From Histomonas meleagridis 2922-C6/04-290x (taxonomy: Eukaryota > Protista > Parabasalia), in contig JAANOX010000087.1 of assembly GCA_020184695.1 (NCBI GenBank), positions 372,001 through 436,000 of the forward strand: a stretch of 64,000 bases of DNA. The letters are read 5' to 3'. Below are positions 12,430-24,290 of this stretch, in pieces (the first letter of the stretch is position 1; each line of letters starts with the position of its first letter). The translations under genes were made by a program, and so were the position numbers. The notes below the pieces were generated by a model. It did no database searches, was not told the origin of the DNA, and saw nothing but the letters and a program-made list of their open reading frames with translations.

Positions 12430-12750
12430 ATGGAAGGCGATTTAGATGAAGCCGAATTAAACAATCTTTTAGCAGAATGCAATTTTCAGCCTGAACAAAA
12501 TTTTTTTTGTCAAACAATTGATAGATTAAATAATGAAAATTTAAAATTTCAAGAAGGAATTCAAACATTAAAGAACTTACTTGAATCTGCACCACATTTC
12601 GTAATTCCTCTTGACCAGCTCGGAAAGTATTGTGAAATTGCAGAAGCAACTGCTCCAATGGAAGCAACTGAACGTTTCGAGGTTAAACATCAACAAAAAG
12701 CTATTTTTGAAACATACCAGCAATTACAAAATAATGTTGTAGTAGAATAA
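12430..12750 (+). CDS. Small hypothetical protein
   Basis: 106 aa ATG-initiated ORF with coding-like composition, 56 nt from the divergent gene, ending in TAAA. Confidence 0.65.
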   Translation: MEGDLDEAELNNLLAECNFQPEQNFFCQTIDRLNNENLKFQEGIQTLKNLLESAPHFVIPLDQLGKYCEIAEATAPMEATERFEVKHQQKAIFETYQQLQNNVVVE

Positions 12751-12954
12751 AGAAGTTAGGAATTTTAGAGCTAACATTTTTAAGCTGTTTCTTTGCTGAT
12801 GCAGCTACAAATTAGACTTAATTATGTTATAATTAATTAGTAAAAAATTTGACAATGCATATGAGTATTATATTGTTTTAGGTTTTCTTCAAATTGTAAT
12901 TTCGAAATTTTAAAATTTTTCTGAAATTTTTAAGTCTGTTTGAACAAAATTTTA

Positions 12955-15087
12955 ATGAGGCGCAAAAAGCATCAAACCAAAAGCCGACCAAATGCACCAG
13001 GTGAAGAGCAACTTTTAGAGTTATTAGAGCAAATTATTTTTAATTTAAATGAAAAAAACTTTGATGCTTCAATTGAATCAATCACTAACTTATACAAATC
13101 AGAACCTGATTCGCCCTATTCTTTGAATCTTGTTTTATGCAAACTTATTTATTCTTCATTTGTATCAAGTCTGAAAAAGCCAGGTCTTTTTATTAATTTT
13201 ATTGTTTCACTTATGAGCAAAGAGGAAAATGATCAATTAATTTCGATTTTAAGTAAATATCTTTTTGAAATTAGAATCTCAAGAATCATATTACCTTCTT
13301 GAAAAAATGATTAAGCGAGGATTAATTGAACAATATTTCATTAAAAACAAAAGGACATTATATTTTTCACATTATAAAACAAAAAAGCAAATTGATGAAT
13401 TAATATCATCGAATCCATTTGATACCTTTTTTGTTAAAAATATTGATAATATATCAAAGAATGATTGGGAACTTCATAAACAATTAATTAAAGAAGGACA
13501 TAATCCAAACGAAATTGCAAAAATCATTCGAAATGATGAAATCGAAAAACTTCAAGAAATATCATCACAAAAGGATTTTGATTTTAATCAAACAATTGAA
13601 CCATCACTTTATGAAAGATGTTCATTTATTAATCAAGAAAATGTTTCATTAATTGATTATGCAGCATTTTTTTCAGCAGTTAAATGTTTTAAATATTTAA
13701 TTATGAATAATGCAAATGTAGAAAACACATGTAAATTCGCTGTAGCAGGTGGAAATGAAGAAATTATTCAAAGTTGTGAAAAAAATAATTCATCATTAAG
13801 TGAAGTATATGAAACAGCAATTGAATTTCATCGAAATGATGTATTTCATTATTTTTATGATAAGCACATTGAAATCAAAGATTTTACAGCATTAGGAATG
13901 AAATGTATTCAACATAGTAATTATATACTTTTTAAATATTTGGAAGAAGAAAAAATGAAAATTAATTCGAAACTTATTCAGGAATCAGCAAAAAATGGAA
14001 ATTTTTTCCTTACCAAATATTTAATTCAAAATAATCATGTCCCAAATGTTATTTTATCATATTCTGCAGAGTCTGATAATATTGAGCTTTTTAAATTTCT
14101 TTTTGAACATAAAGGTGTAAGTGTTAAAGAAAAAAATATTTTTTTGAATTGTTTGATGTTTATAATTATTATAATTTGTTTAATGTGAATACTTTGTGGT
14201 GTTTTTTTAATGTTTTTCAAAATGCTATTCGCACTGCATGTAAAAAAGGTTATTTTGAGGTTTTAAAGTATATCTTTCAATCAGAAAATATTAATGATCA
14301 AGAAGAAACATTTCATTTTGAAATTTTTGGGTTCTCAATAATTATTTGATAATTATATAAATTATTTTCGACAGCACTAACAATTGCATCTAAAAAAGGG
14401 AATTATGAAATTGTTAAATTTCTTCTGGGTCAAGAAGGAATTGATGTAAATTTAAAGGATTATGTAATTTAATTTAGTAATACAATATTTTTTGGAATTA
14501 TTGAAAACAGCACTCTTCTTGGCTGCCGAAAAAGGTCATACTAAGATTGTTAAATTACTTTTAAAGCAAAAAGATATAATAATAAACCCAAAAGATCTTT
14601 TTTTGATTTTTTTGATGTTTGCAAAAAAATTTTGTTAATATATATTAGAGTTTTATATTTATTTTATTTCTTTGATACTCCCTTAACTATAGCTTGTAAA
14701 AATAATCATAATGAAGTTGTAAAATTACTTGTTCAGGAAAAAGAAATAAAATTAAATAACCAAAATAGAGATATTGTTTTTAATTTTACTATATATATTG
14801 TGATTATTTGACACAGCACTTATAATAGCAGTTAAAAATGGAAATATGGAATTAGTAAAGTTACTTGCAACTCAAAAAGGAATTGATCTCAATCTCAAAA
14901 ATATTTAAAAATTTTAATTATAATTTGATATGAAATTTCGAGGTTTCAAATTTATTAATAGAATTTGTTTTCAATATTTAAAACAGCAATTAAAATAGCA
15001 TTTGATAAGGGTTACACTGAAATTGTTCAATTCTTGCGCAGTCAAAAAGGAATAGAAATTTATAATGCTATGTTTTCAATGGATTAA
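12955..15087 (+). CDS. DUF3447 + ankyrin-repeat protein, locus A (1-nt frameshift near 13265; ankyrin array interrupted by 6 spacers)
   Basis: Motifs GHNPNEIAKIIRND, FDFNQTIEPSLYER, SLIDYAAFF..VKCFKYL, AVAGGN.EII, AIEFHRN. After the ORF stop, intact ankyrin modules start at 14221, 14371, 14507, 14677, 14813 and 14983; the last ends in TAA at 15085-15087. Confidence 0.8.
14138..14982 (+). repeat. Locus A interrupted ankyrin array: spacers 14138-14220 (83), 14311-14370 (60), 14461-14506 (46), 14597-14676 (80), 14767-14812 (46), 14903-14982 (80)
   Basis: Each 90-nt module translates cleanly (e.g. TALTIASKKGNYEIVKFLLGQEGIDVNLKD, TPLTIACKNNHNEVVKLLVQEKEIKLNNQN). The spacers are T-rich and either shift the frame or contain stops. 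Confidence 0.88.
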
Positions 15088-15589
15088 GAAGAAATTATTC
15101 AAGTGCACACAACAATAATTATTGTATGATTTTATCAAATCATCTGAACATACCAACTAAAACATTTTTAATAATATTTGTTTATGTTGTAATCTGTAAC
15201 ATTTTGTTAGTGTATGAAATTAATAAAATGAGCATCAAAATAAATATAAATCCTCAATTCATCATTCGTTATGATTGTCAGACCACAAAAAAAATGTCAT
15301 AAGATAGGCAAATGAACCGATAAAGATTATTCTTAGTTGGATTTCAATTCAAGAACAGAATTATCAAAATTCGATCGTATCTATTTGTCAGTAAAATTGT
15401 AGGAAGATAAATCAATTCAATTTATTTAAGCAATTTTCAATCCCAGTAATGCCATAAGCACGGAACTTGAAAACATTATTTATTTACTTGCAACTGGTGT
15501 GGAAGACATGAATATGAAAATCCGACAAATCAAATTATCACTGCGAGTTCTAATTGTGCGCTGGAATTACCAAACCATTATTGCACATA

Positions 15590-16470
15590 AACAACTTTCT
15601 ACAATTATATCGCCAACCACACAATTTGTTGAAACAGGTCAAAAATTTACTTCATTAGCTAAAAATGATACTTCTTTTGTTAACTTTTATGCAAGACATC
15701 ATTCCTATGACGACCAAAATCAATACGAAATCAATTTTCCTTCCAAAAGCAAAGAAGGTTATCCATATGTTTAAACCCAGCAACATTTTTCTCCCGAAGA
15801 AATCATCATTATTCTTAAGCTACAAAATAAAACTGTTATCACTATTCCAACCTATTTCAATAATCAATTCTAGCACCTTATCAGGTTTAAACATCATTAG
15901 GTCTCGACAAACCAGTTTCCATTGCGATTGCTTATGTTATTAATAACTAAATACGATAGGAGCAAATTATTATTTTTGACTTTGGTAGTACTACATTAGG
16001 CGTAGCGCTCCTCGAAAACGATTCTCTCTTTTAGCGATTTACAAATTGGAGGTGATGATATCAATATTTGTATTTTCGAATAAATACAAAAAAAAGATCG
16101 GAAAGAACTTAACAATGACAACAAAACTAATTAGTGACTTGAAAGAGCGAAATGTGAACTTTCATTTTCAAATGAAACAATAATCAAAATTGATGAATAA
16201 AATTTTGTTGAAACAATTACACTCGAACAATTTGGAGAACTCAACAAAGACATCTTCCAAAAGTTACTTGATCCAATTAAAGATATTTTGAATGATGCAA
16301 AAATCGAAAAGAACGAAATCGACGAAATTGTTTTAGCATGCGGCTCATCACTTATTCCGCAAGTACAAGAAATTGTGCAGGAATATTTGAATGGAAAATA
16401 AATATTAAAAAACATTGATCAATGAAAGAGGTTACATCAATTGGTGCTGCGGCTTTGGGGAACATTTTAA
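15590..16470 (+). pseudogene. HSP70 (DnaK family) pseudogene, N-terminal ATPase domain
   Basis: Broken-frame fragments in HSP70 order: FSPEEI, TVITIPTYFNNQ, SGLNIIR, IAIAY, IIIFDFGSTTLGVALL, IGGDDI, RAKCELS, ITLEQFGELNKDIF, EIDEIVLACGSSLIPQVQ. Multiple stops and frameshifts. Boundaries are approximate. Confidence 0.8.
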
Positions 16471-16947
16471 TTAAATCGAAAATTTGTTAATGTTGTGCAT
16501 AATTCATGATACTAGCATGAATTATTTGTTTTTTTGAGGATTGGTATTGACCAGTAAAACTTATGCGCATAAGTTATTATTATTTCTTTTCTTATAATTT
16601 TAATTAAGTAAAAATTGTTTGAGTAATTTTATTATGATTACAGCAGCGAAGAGTTGAATACAGAATTATTTAGGTTGTTATGATAGAGGCCAAGTATTTA
16701 TTTAAAAAGTTATTTTTTGAAATGCAATTTCCTAGTAATAACAAAGTAATTTTTTAATATTCAATGTTTCAGGATATGTCAAACGATAAGGTTGGAAAAT
16801 TGGATATGGCTTATTTATTTTTATTCAAAATACAAGTGACATAAGTTTTTATCGGTACGAATTGGTATTCAATTTTGTTTACAAAAAATTGCCCTTTGTC
16901 GATCAAAAAACAAACAAAACTTATTCATTCTTCTCAAACCTGAAAAT

Positions 16948-18927
16948 TTGTTTAATTTATTTCAAGTGGGGGCAAACCAAAGTAAAGCGATAATCAAATA
17001 CAACGAAAACCTTCAAATATTGCAAGCTGTTGAGAGAATTATTTTCGATTTAAATGAGGAAAATATTGATCAATCAGTCGAATCTTCTTTTCAATACTTT
17101 TCTCAAGAATTTCCAATTTCATTCCTTCACATTATTCATATTTTGTTTCCAAAGGATTTGAAAAATTATGCATCAAGTATTTACAGAAAGCAGAAATAAA
17201 ATCGAATAATACCTTAATTAATGTTGTTACTCAGTTTTTATTAACAATTAATAATGAAGAATCAAATTATCTTCTTGAAAAAATGATCGAAAGTAAATTA
17301 ATAGAACCAAAAATTATTCAAAATAAAAATAATCCTTTTTATATACATTATGTTTCAGAAGAAGAATTCATAAAACTGCAATCTCAAAGGTTTAAAATCA
17401 AAAATGAATATAATTTCAAAGATCTTTCTGAAAATTTTGAACTTCATAAGAAATATGTTAAAAATGGACACAATCCAAATAAAATTGCATCAATAATTCG
17501 TAATGATGAAGTCGAAAGACTTCAAGAAATATCATCACAAACAAATTTTGATTTTAACCAAAGAATTGAACCATCACTTTATGAAAGAAGTTCATTTATT
17601 AACAAACCAAATGTTATTTTAATTGATTATGCAGCATTTTTTGGATCAATTAAATGTTTTAAATATTTACTTGTGAACAATGCAAAAGTAGAAAACACAG
17701 GTAAATATGCAGTTGCAGGTGGAAATGAAGAAATCATTCATTTATGCGAACAAAATCATTCATCATTTGCAGGTGCATATGAAGCAGCAATTGAATTTCA
17801 TCAAAATGATATCTTTAAATATATTTATGAAAATAAAATTAATCCTGATAATAATTTAGAAGAATTAGGAAAAGAATGTATTTTACATGATAATTTTGAT
17901 CTTCTTTCATTTTTAAAAGAAGAAGGAATGAATATCAATAAGAACCATATCATCAATTCTATTAGAACAGGAAATATTTTTATTTTTTTATATTTCCTCG
18001 GAAATAATAAAATTTCATTAAATTTTTTAGAGATTTCAGAGATTTCTATCAAGGAAGAATTTTTTGACTACCTTATTAATCATAAATATATTAATTTAAA
18101 GAGAAGTGTTTGAAAATTTTATTGAAATTTTATTAAAACGATTTGATATTTTAAAATACGATTTAAATTTTTATTATAAATTTTAATACAGCACTTATTT
18201 TAGCATCTGAAAAAGGTCATACAGAAATTGTTAAAATACTTCTTAAACAAAAAGGAATTGATGTTAATGCAAAAACTATTCATTTGAATAATTTTTTATA
18301 TGTTTTAATAATTTGGAATATGTTTTAATAATTTGAAACAGCACTTCATACAGCAGTTAGAAATAATAATATAGAAATAGTAAAATTACTTTTAGATAAA
18401 GAAGGAATTGATATTAATGCAAAAAATATTCATTTGAATAATTTTTTATATGTTTTAATAATTTGGAATATGTTTTAATAATTTGAAACAGCACTTCATA
18501 TATCAGTTAGAAATAATAATATAGAAATAGTAAAATTACTTTTAGAGAAAGGAATTGATGTTAATGCAAAAAATATTCATTTGAATAATTTTATATATGT
18601 TTTAATAATTTTATATATGTTTTAATAATTTTATATATGTTTTAATAATTTGAAATATGTTTTAATAATTTGAAATATGTTTTAATAATTTGAAACAGCA
18701 CTTCATATAGCAGTTAAAAATAATAATATAGAAATAGTAAAATTACTTTTAGATAAAGAAGGAATTGATGTTAATGCAAAAAGTATTCATTTGAATAATT
18801 TTTTATATGTTTTAATAATTTGAAATATGTTTTAATAGTTTGGAATATGTTTTAACAATATTTGACTGCAACTCAAATTGCACACCAAAAAGGTTACACA
18901 GAAATAGTAAATGTACTTCGTGAATAA
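16948..18927 (+). CDS. DUF3447 + ankyrin-repeat protein, locus B (5' part frameshifted near 17125; main ORF from 17283; ankyrin array interrupted by 5 spacers)
   Basis: Same family motifs as locus A. Ankyrin modules start at 18188, 18338, 18488, 18695 and 18865; the terminal module TATQIAHQKGYTEIVNVLRE ends in TAA at 18925-18927. Confidence 0.72.
18108..18864 (+). repeat. Locus B interrupted ankyrin array: spacers ~18108/18111-18187 (80/77), 18278-18337 (60), 18428-18487 (60), 18575-18694 (120), 18785-18864 (80)
   Basis: The last four spacers are built from the 20-mer ATATGTTTTAATAATTTGAA and its variants. Modules read TALHxAVxNNNIEIVKLLLDKEGIDxNAKx. Confidence 0.9.
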
Positions 18928-20447
18928 AGTACAAACGAAAATTTTAAATCAGATTCCTCTTCTACAAACATCAAATCTTCATTTTCAATAAGAAATGGAA
19001 ATAAAGCATATATTGTTAACAATATTAAAATCAACTCGAAGATCAAATGTTCGCAAAAAACATGGCTTAGATATTTTCCTCAACATGGTTGAGCATAATT
19101 CTAAAATCACTCCAATTCCAAATTTCCATATGTATTTTATCTAATTTAGCAATTTCGTTCATTTCTTCTCAGTGATTTTGAAGTACCAAATGCTAAAGTT
19201 CATCTTTTGTTTCCCATATTAATGCAACTTGAGCAATTGTTTTTCCACGTGTATTGCGAATCTTCTTAAGCATTACTTTTTGGAAGATACCAAACAAACC
19301 TTCAGTGAGAGATCAAATAATTTCATTTTATAAATTATATTATGTATTTTTCTCTATACGCTTACAATTTTCTTTAATCATTCCAAAGAATTAAATATTG
19401 TACTATCTTATATCTAATGACTGATATAGGTAAGAATTTCTTTTAAGGCTTTTCTCTTTAGACTTTTGTATTATATTTTTTTAATATTAACGATACAGTT
19501 AAACCTATATACCTTTATCTTTTTCATATGAATCCAATTTTTTTTAATTATTAGTCTTTTCAAAAAATTATGATATAATTTATTAAGTATTATATATAAT
19601 CTATAAGATTAAATTTGTATTTATGTTATAATCCGTATATCCATTTCATTTTTGTGTAATTGATAAAATAATTTAACTTTTTTTTACATTGAATTTTCCT
19701 ATATTTCATCATTGATACTTTGTTACCTAATTCTCTCTATATTTTTCTATACTCATATTTTTTTTTACTAATCATTAATTTAAATTGTATTGAAAAGGTT
19801 TTTTATAACTTTAATAAATTCATCGAAAATTATTTTGGAATATTCGACCCTTTTCCATATATCGTTCACCGATAGCATATGGAGATCTTCTTTCTACGAT
19901 ATTTTTTTTACAACAAAGTATTCCTAAAGAATGTCTTTTCTAAAATTATTTGATACTTCTATTTCTGATTCAATATATTTTATGGATAGAAATGACTGTT
20001 CATTAAATACTACCATGATTTTGTTAGTTTCATCATTGTAAATTAAGCTATCTAAAAAAAATCTATAATATTATTTAGAACTTGTAAAAGAGAGAGCAAA
20101 TTCAAGAAAAGAAGTTTTTGTTTTTTTCTAAATTAATTGATACCATATTTTTTGTAGAAAATTATATTATAATTAATGAAGGAACATGTATAAAAAACAT
20201 AGAAGATGAATGAATAGTTCGACTTCCTCTTGCAACAAAACAAACACTTTTAACTTTATAACAAAACAATATTTCGAAATATTGTTGCATTAAATAACAA
20301 AATTAAAATAAAAAATCTAATTCTCTTTTATAGAGATACACAAATTAAAATTCATTATTTTTTGTAACAGATTTTCATACTTAATAAGACATTAAATCAT
20401 ACTTCGAGGTGATAGTCTTTTTATTAAAAGGTGAAATAAAAATGTTT

Positions 20448-21140
20448 TCATTCATAAACTTCTACAGCGATTTGGAATGTCTGTATTAAAAGCCGTATTA
20501 AATCATCGATGTTTTTGCACGATGAATTAGAAAGTCGAACTCTTAAAAGAGCTCTCGCCTGAAATGAAACAAATTCAAGAGAAACAAGCTTAGATGGGAT
20601 ATTACATCTTTCGAGGAATTTTGGAACAAGAATTGTCGCAATCTGTCGTTGACCCAAAACGTAATCAGAAAGAATACTTTGCTTATCAACAGCTATGATA
20701 CGCCTGGCAGTGGGGTCTTCGAAATCCACTTTTAATTCTTCAACTATAACTCCAAATCTAATGTATTGTCCATCTAATATCATGACTCCATCTGTTTTTT
20801 CGACTTGTGTATCATCTGATAAAAAGGCTACAACACATGTATCAAGTAGGGCCACTTTATACATTCTAATAGGACGTTGTGGCGCTTGACTTATTGGATT
20901 AAATGGATTATAAAACATTGTAGTATATCTGCGTTGATAATGAGGTTCTGAAGGGTTAAGGCCAAATACAGGTTCAGTCATTCTTCTTTTTACAGGCGAA
21001 TTATTTTGCGGGAATAAATATTGGTCTGGATCTAATCCTACAAGGTTTATGAAATCTGTTGGGAGGAGGTCGCTAAGACGATGATCTTCGAAGCTTTCCT
21101 CTTGCTCTTGATCTGCTTGCGAAAATCTTCTGTCGCTCAT
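20448..21140 (-). CDS. Hypothetical protein
   Basis: 230 aa ATG-initiated ORF, richer in GC than its flanks; no family recognised. Confidence 0.75.
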   Translation of the reverse strand: MSDRRFSQADQEQEESFEDHRLSDLLPTDFINLVGLDPDQYLFPQNNSPVKRRMTEPVFGLNPSEPHYQRRYTTMFYNPFNPISQAPQRPIRMYKVALLDTCVVAFLSDDTQVEKTDGVMILDGQYIRFGVIVEELKVDFEDPTARRIIAVDKQSILSDYVLGQRQIATILVPKFLERCNIPSKLVSLEFVSFQARALLRVRLSNSSCKNIDDLIRLLIQTFQIAVEVYE

Positions 21141-21285
21141 CGGAATTAGTTGTTTTTGCTATATTAATATCCTTTAAAAAAGTAATTTTTGATAGAAAAT
21201 ATAAAATGTCAAATCACTTTTTCACTAAAACAGATTTTCAGTTTATAACGTATTTTTTACAAAAAAATTGGCCGATTTCTGGACT

Positions 21286-22128
21286 TCAAACATCTGATAC
21301 AAGTGCATAACTTTGAGGTGATTCTGTCAAAATCATAAAAGCTTTAGATGCAACTTTAAGCTTTTCGATCTTATCTAAATCTGATTCTTTTCTGAACAAT
21401 GGAATAAGCACTTCTTCAGCTTTCTCCTTAATTCTCCTTTTAATAAGCTCTAACCTCGCATCACCTCTGAGTTTGTATAAGGCTGAAAACTGCTTTGGAG
21501 TGAGATCTGAAATAAATTCAAATTCTTTATTCGGGTTTTGTTGTTTTACTTGCTTTTGAAATTTTGCTTCTTCTTTTTCTTTGAAGGGAAACTCGAGTTT
21601 TTGGTTATCTTTAAAGTCTTCAAAAGCCTTTTCAAATGATTCTGCAACTGTACTAGCTCGTTCTGTTCCATAAAGAGCCTTGCATTCTAGTGCAGGCTGC
21701 TCTATGTTGTATGAAAGTATTTTATCTAGTTCTTTATTTAACCTACGTACCGAAGGTAACAAACGATTAATTGAATGAGCTGGTGTTTTTTGTGAATAAT
21801 TTGAAATTGATGTTACAAAGCGACGTGAGTACCTTTCTCTATTGAGTTCTTTTATAGATTGAAATTGTTTTAATGCTTCTTGAAATTGATCAAATGGAGA
21901 TGGTGGTTGCTCTTTTGGCTTTCTTTCTTCTTTGGGACTATTTCCTTTAACAATATTTAGAATATTTGCAACAACTTCATTTTCTTGAGGTGTATTAACT
22001 TCAACAGGTCTAATTGATTCATAAATATCTTGGAGTTTTGATACACTTACTTGAATTTGGTGAATTTTGAATTCTACTTCATTATTAATAATTTCTAGAT
22101 AGCGAAAAAGGGATTTTACATCATCCAT
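21286..22128 (-). CDS. Hypothetical protein (charged, coiled-coil-like)
   Basis: 280 aa ATG-initiated ORF with coding-like composition. Confidence 0.75.
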   Translation of the reverse strand: MDDVKSLFRYLEIINNEVEFKIHQIQVSVSKLQDIYESIRPVEVNTPQENEVVANILNIVKGNSPKEERKPKEQPPSPFDQFQEALKQFQSIKELNRERYSRRFVTSISNYSQKTPAHSINRLLPSVRRLNKELDKILSYNIEQPALECKALYGTERASTVAESFEKAFEDFKDNQKLEFPFKEKEEAKFQKQVKQQNPNKEFEFISDLTPKQFSALYKLRGDARLELIKRRIKEKAEEVLIPLFRKESDLDKIEKLKVASKAFMILTESPQSYALVSDV

Positions 22129-22373
22129 TTATAAAAAAGAATAAAAAAATTTATCAAATGTATCTTGAATGTGTGTTGTATGATTTCTTCCCGCCAATCC
22201 AAAAAAATTCAATTTTTTTTGTCAAAACAAAATCATAGAATTTGATTCACTTTTGGATGGATAAAGTGATATCATTTCCAAAAATATAATTCTTAAAATT
22301 ATTAACAAAACGCTTTTTTTTTTTACTAATTCTTTCAAAAATATTCATATCCATTGGTCATTATCGTTAAGTA

Positions 22374-23120
22374 TCATTGTGTTGATTTCCTGATTAACAT
22401 TTCTTGTTCATTTTCTTCACGAAATTTTACGCTAATACTTTCCGCTGATTTTTGTGAGGTTTTTTCTTTTTTCTTATTATTGCTATGAACTAAAAATATA
22501 ATAGCGCCAACAATAATAAGAGCAGCTGCAATTGAACCACAGATAATTCCTATCAATGCGTTTGTGGAAATGCCACCTTCAGGAACTGTTTCTAGTAAAA
22601 GTTGGCATTGGATGACATTCATCAACAAATGTGCTTACACTAAGATTAGCAAAGCTGTTGTTCTTATACCTATCAGTTACAATAACAGTATTTGCTGGAA
22701 CCAATAAAAAGCACCCATCTTCAAAATATGGTTCTGTTTCACCATAAAAATATATACAATTAAGATTTTGGGAATATGCAAATGCATATCTAATAATTTG
22801 TGTTACATTTTTGCTAATAATAATAGATGATAAATTACATTGGAAAAATGAATACATTCCAATAGTTTCAACTGTTCCAGGAATTTTAAATGAATCATCG
22901 TTTTTCCAATGGGATAAGAAACAATGGAAGTTATACCCTTAGAATAAAGAATTCCATCATTTTTATATTTAGAATAATTTGTATTTTCTGGTGATACGCT
23001 GATATTTTGAAGTTTGATGCATGATATAAATACATTTTCAGCAATAGTGGATACATTTTCTGTAATGTTGAAACTTATCAATTCAGTACAATTACAAAAT
23101 GCACCGTCATATGTATATCT
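22374..23120 (-). pseudogene. BspA-like (TpLRR/LRR_5) surface protein with C-terminal transmembrane helix, frameshifted
   Basis: Three overlapping short ORFs supply GAFCNCTELISFNITENVSTIAENVF, ISVSPENTNY....GILYSK, IPGTVETIGMYSF, IIISKNVTQIIRYAF, then the TM helix GIICGSIAAALIIVGAIIFLV followed by a basic tail. Confidence 0.75.
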
Positions 23121-23512
23121 ATAATTGAAAGAATTTTATTATCGTAACATTCATAAATATAAGTTGATTATTCATCGAATCTATATATATCGATGTATAT
23201 ATTAAAAAATTGAAAGATTAACTATATGTAATTAGTTATAAGATATAATATTATCACTTTGGTTTTAGTTAACTTATATATAAAAATAAAAAATTAATAT
23301 AATTATCAAATATACAAATATTAAAATCTACATATCTGATTCTATGTTTTGATATAGTTGTGTGAACAATATCAAACTACTATTATATTGTGTGAACAAT
23401 ATCAAATAATGAATGAATAGTGATGTAAATTATATTTTTTATCAGTAGTGAATAATAATTAAATGAATTTTTTATTAACCTATTATATTATTACTATTAT
23501 ATATATTATTAC

Positions 23513-23800
23513 TAATGTTGCTAATTCGGGATATTTTTTTTGCCCTCGGCAAAAAAAATATCCCAAAATCATTTGAGATTTCTGTGAACAAAAAATGTGG
23601 TGTGTCAAAAAACGTTAATGGTACCTGACGAAATATGTTTTAATTCCTTTAATTTTGTTTACTATAATTTCGAGTAATGATGTAATTTTGAAATTATGGG
23701 TCGGTCTCAATATTTTTGAGTTGCCAAATCCAATATTTATAATAATATAATGATGAAATTTGCAAATTTTTTAGTGTAATTATTGGATTAAACATACTAA
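23513..23800. repeat. Dispersed non-coding repeat, copy 1 (related to 37573-37990)
   Basis: Shares TAATGTTGCTAATT..TGAGATTTCTGT.AACAAAAAATGTG.TGTGTCAAAAAA and AATTTTGAAATTATGGGT.GGTCT...GAGTTGC.AAAT.CAA.ATTTATAAT blocks with copy 2. Ends are approximate. Confidence 0.75.
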
Positions 23801-24290
23801 ATTTGGTATGACTGTCATATGTCATTCGTTTTGATTCAATTAATTAGTATAATAAGTTGAGTGTTATAATTTGAAAATGAAATTGAAAATTTTTATCAAT
23901 ATACACAAAAATGTAAGGGAGAATATGACATTATTTAGAAAAATGATAATATAATAATAATATATTTGATAGTCTATTAGTGATAAATTCGAGAATAAAT
24001 AACTTTTCTTATGTAAGAGATATTGTTGCAATAGATGATACTGCATGCACCAATAGATTTCATTATCCCTTTTTACCCTTTTATGTATACGATGAGAATA
24101 ATAAAAAATAATTTTAAAAAACCATTGAGTTTTAACATCCTTAAATATCTGATAATTATGATTTTTTTATTTTTGGCCGAAACTTTGGCAATGAAAAAAA
24201 TTATAGATGAGAAAATTTTTTAGAATAAATAAAAGTGTTGATTTGCATTAGGAAGTGAGAAACATAAAAATTGTGAAAAGAGGTTTTGGA

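Noticed and set aside
14464-14510. GTAATT...AAACAG as a canonical spliceosomal intron in a locus A spacer
   Set aside because: Removing it shifts the frame and deletes the conserved Thr codon. There is no ACTAAC branch motif, and the GT is absent from the other spacers.
18960-20300. Possible decayed transposon or gene remnant on the minus strand
   Set aside because: Only short, stop-ridden frames were found, with no recognisable family motif or terminal repeats.
23375-23407. Short local duplication (TTGTGTGAACAATATCAAA x2); also CTTAATTAC x3 near 51103-51128
   Set aside because: These are ordinary slippage repeats with no further structure.
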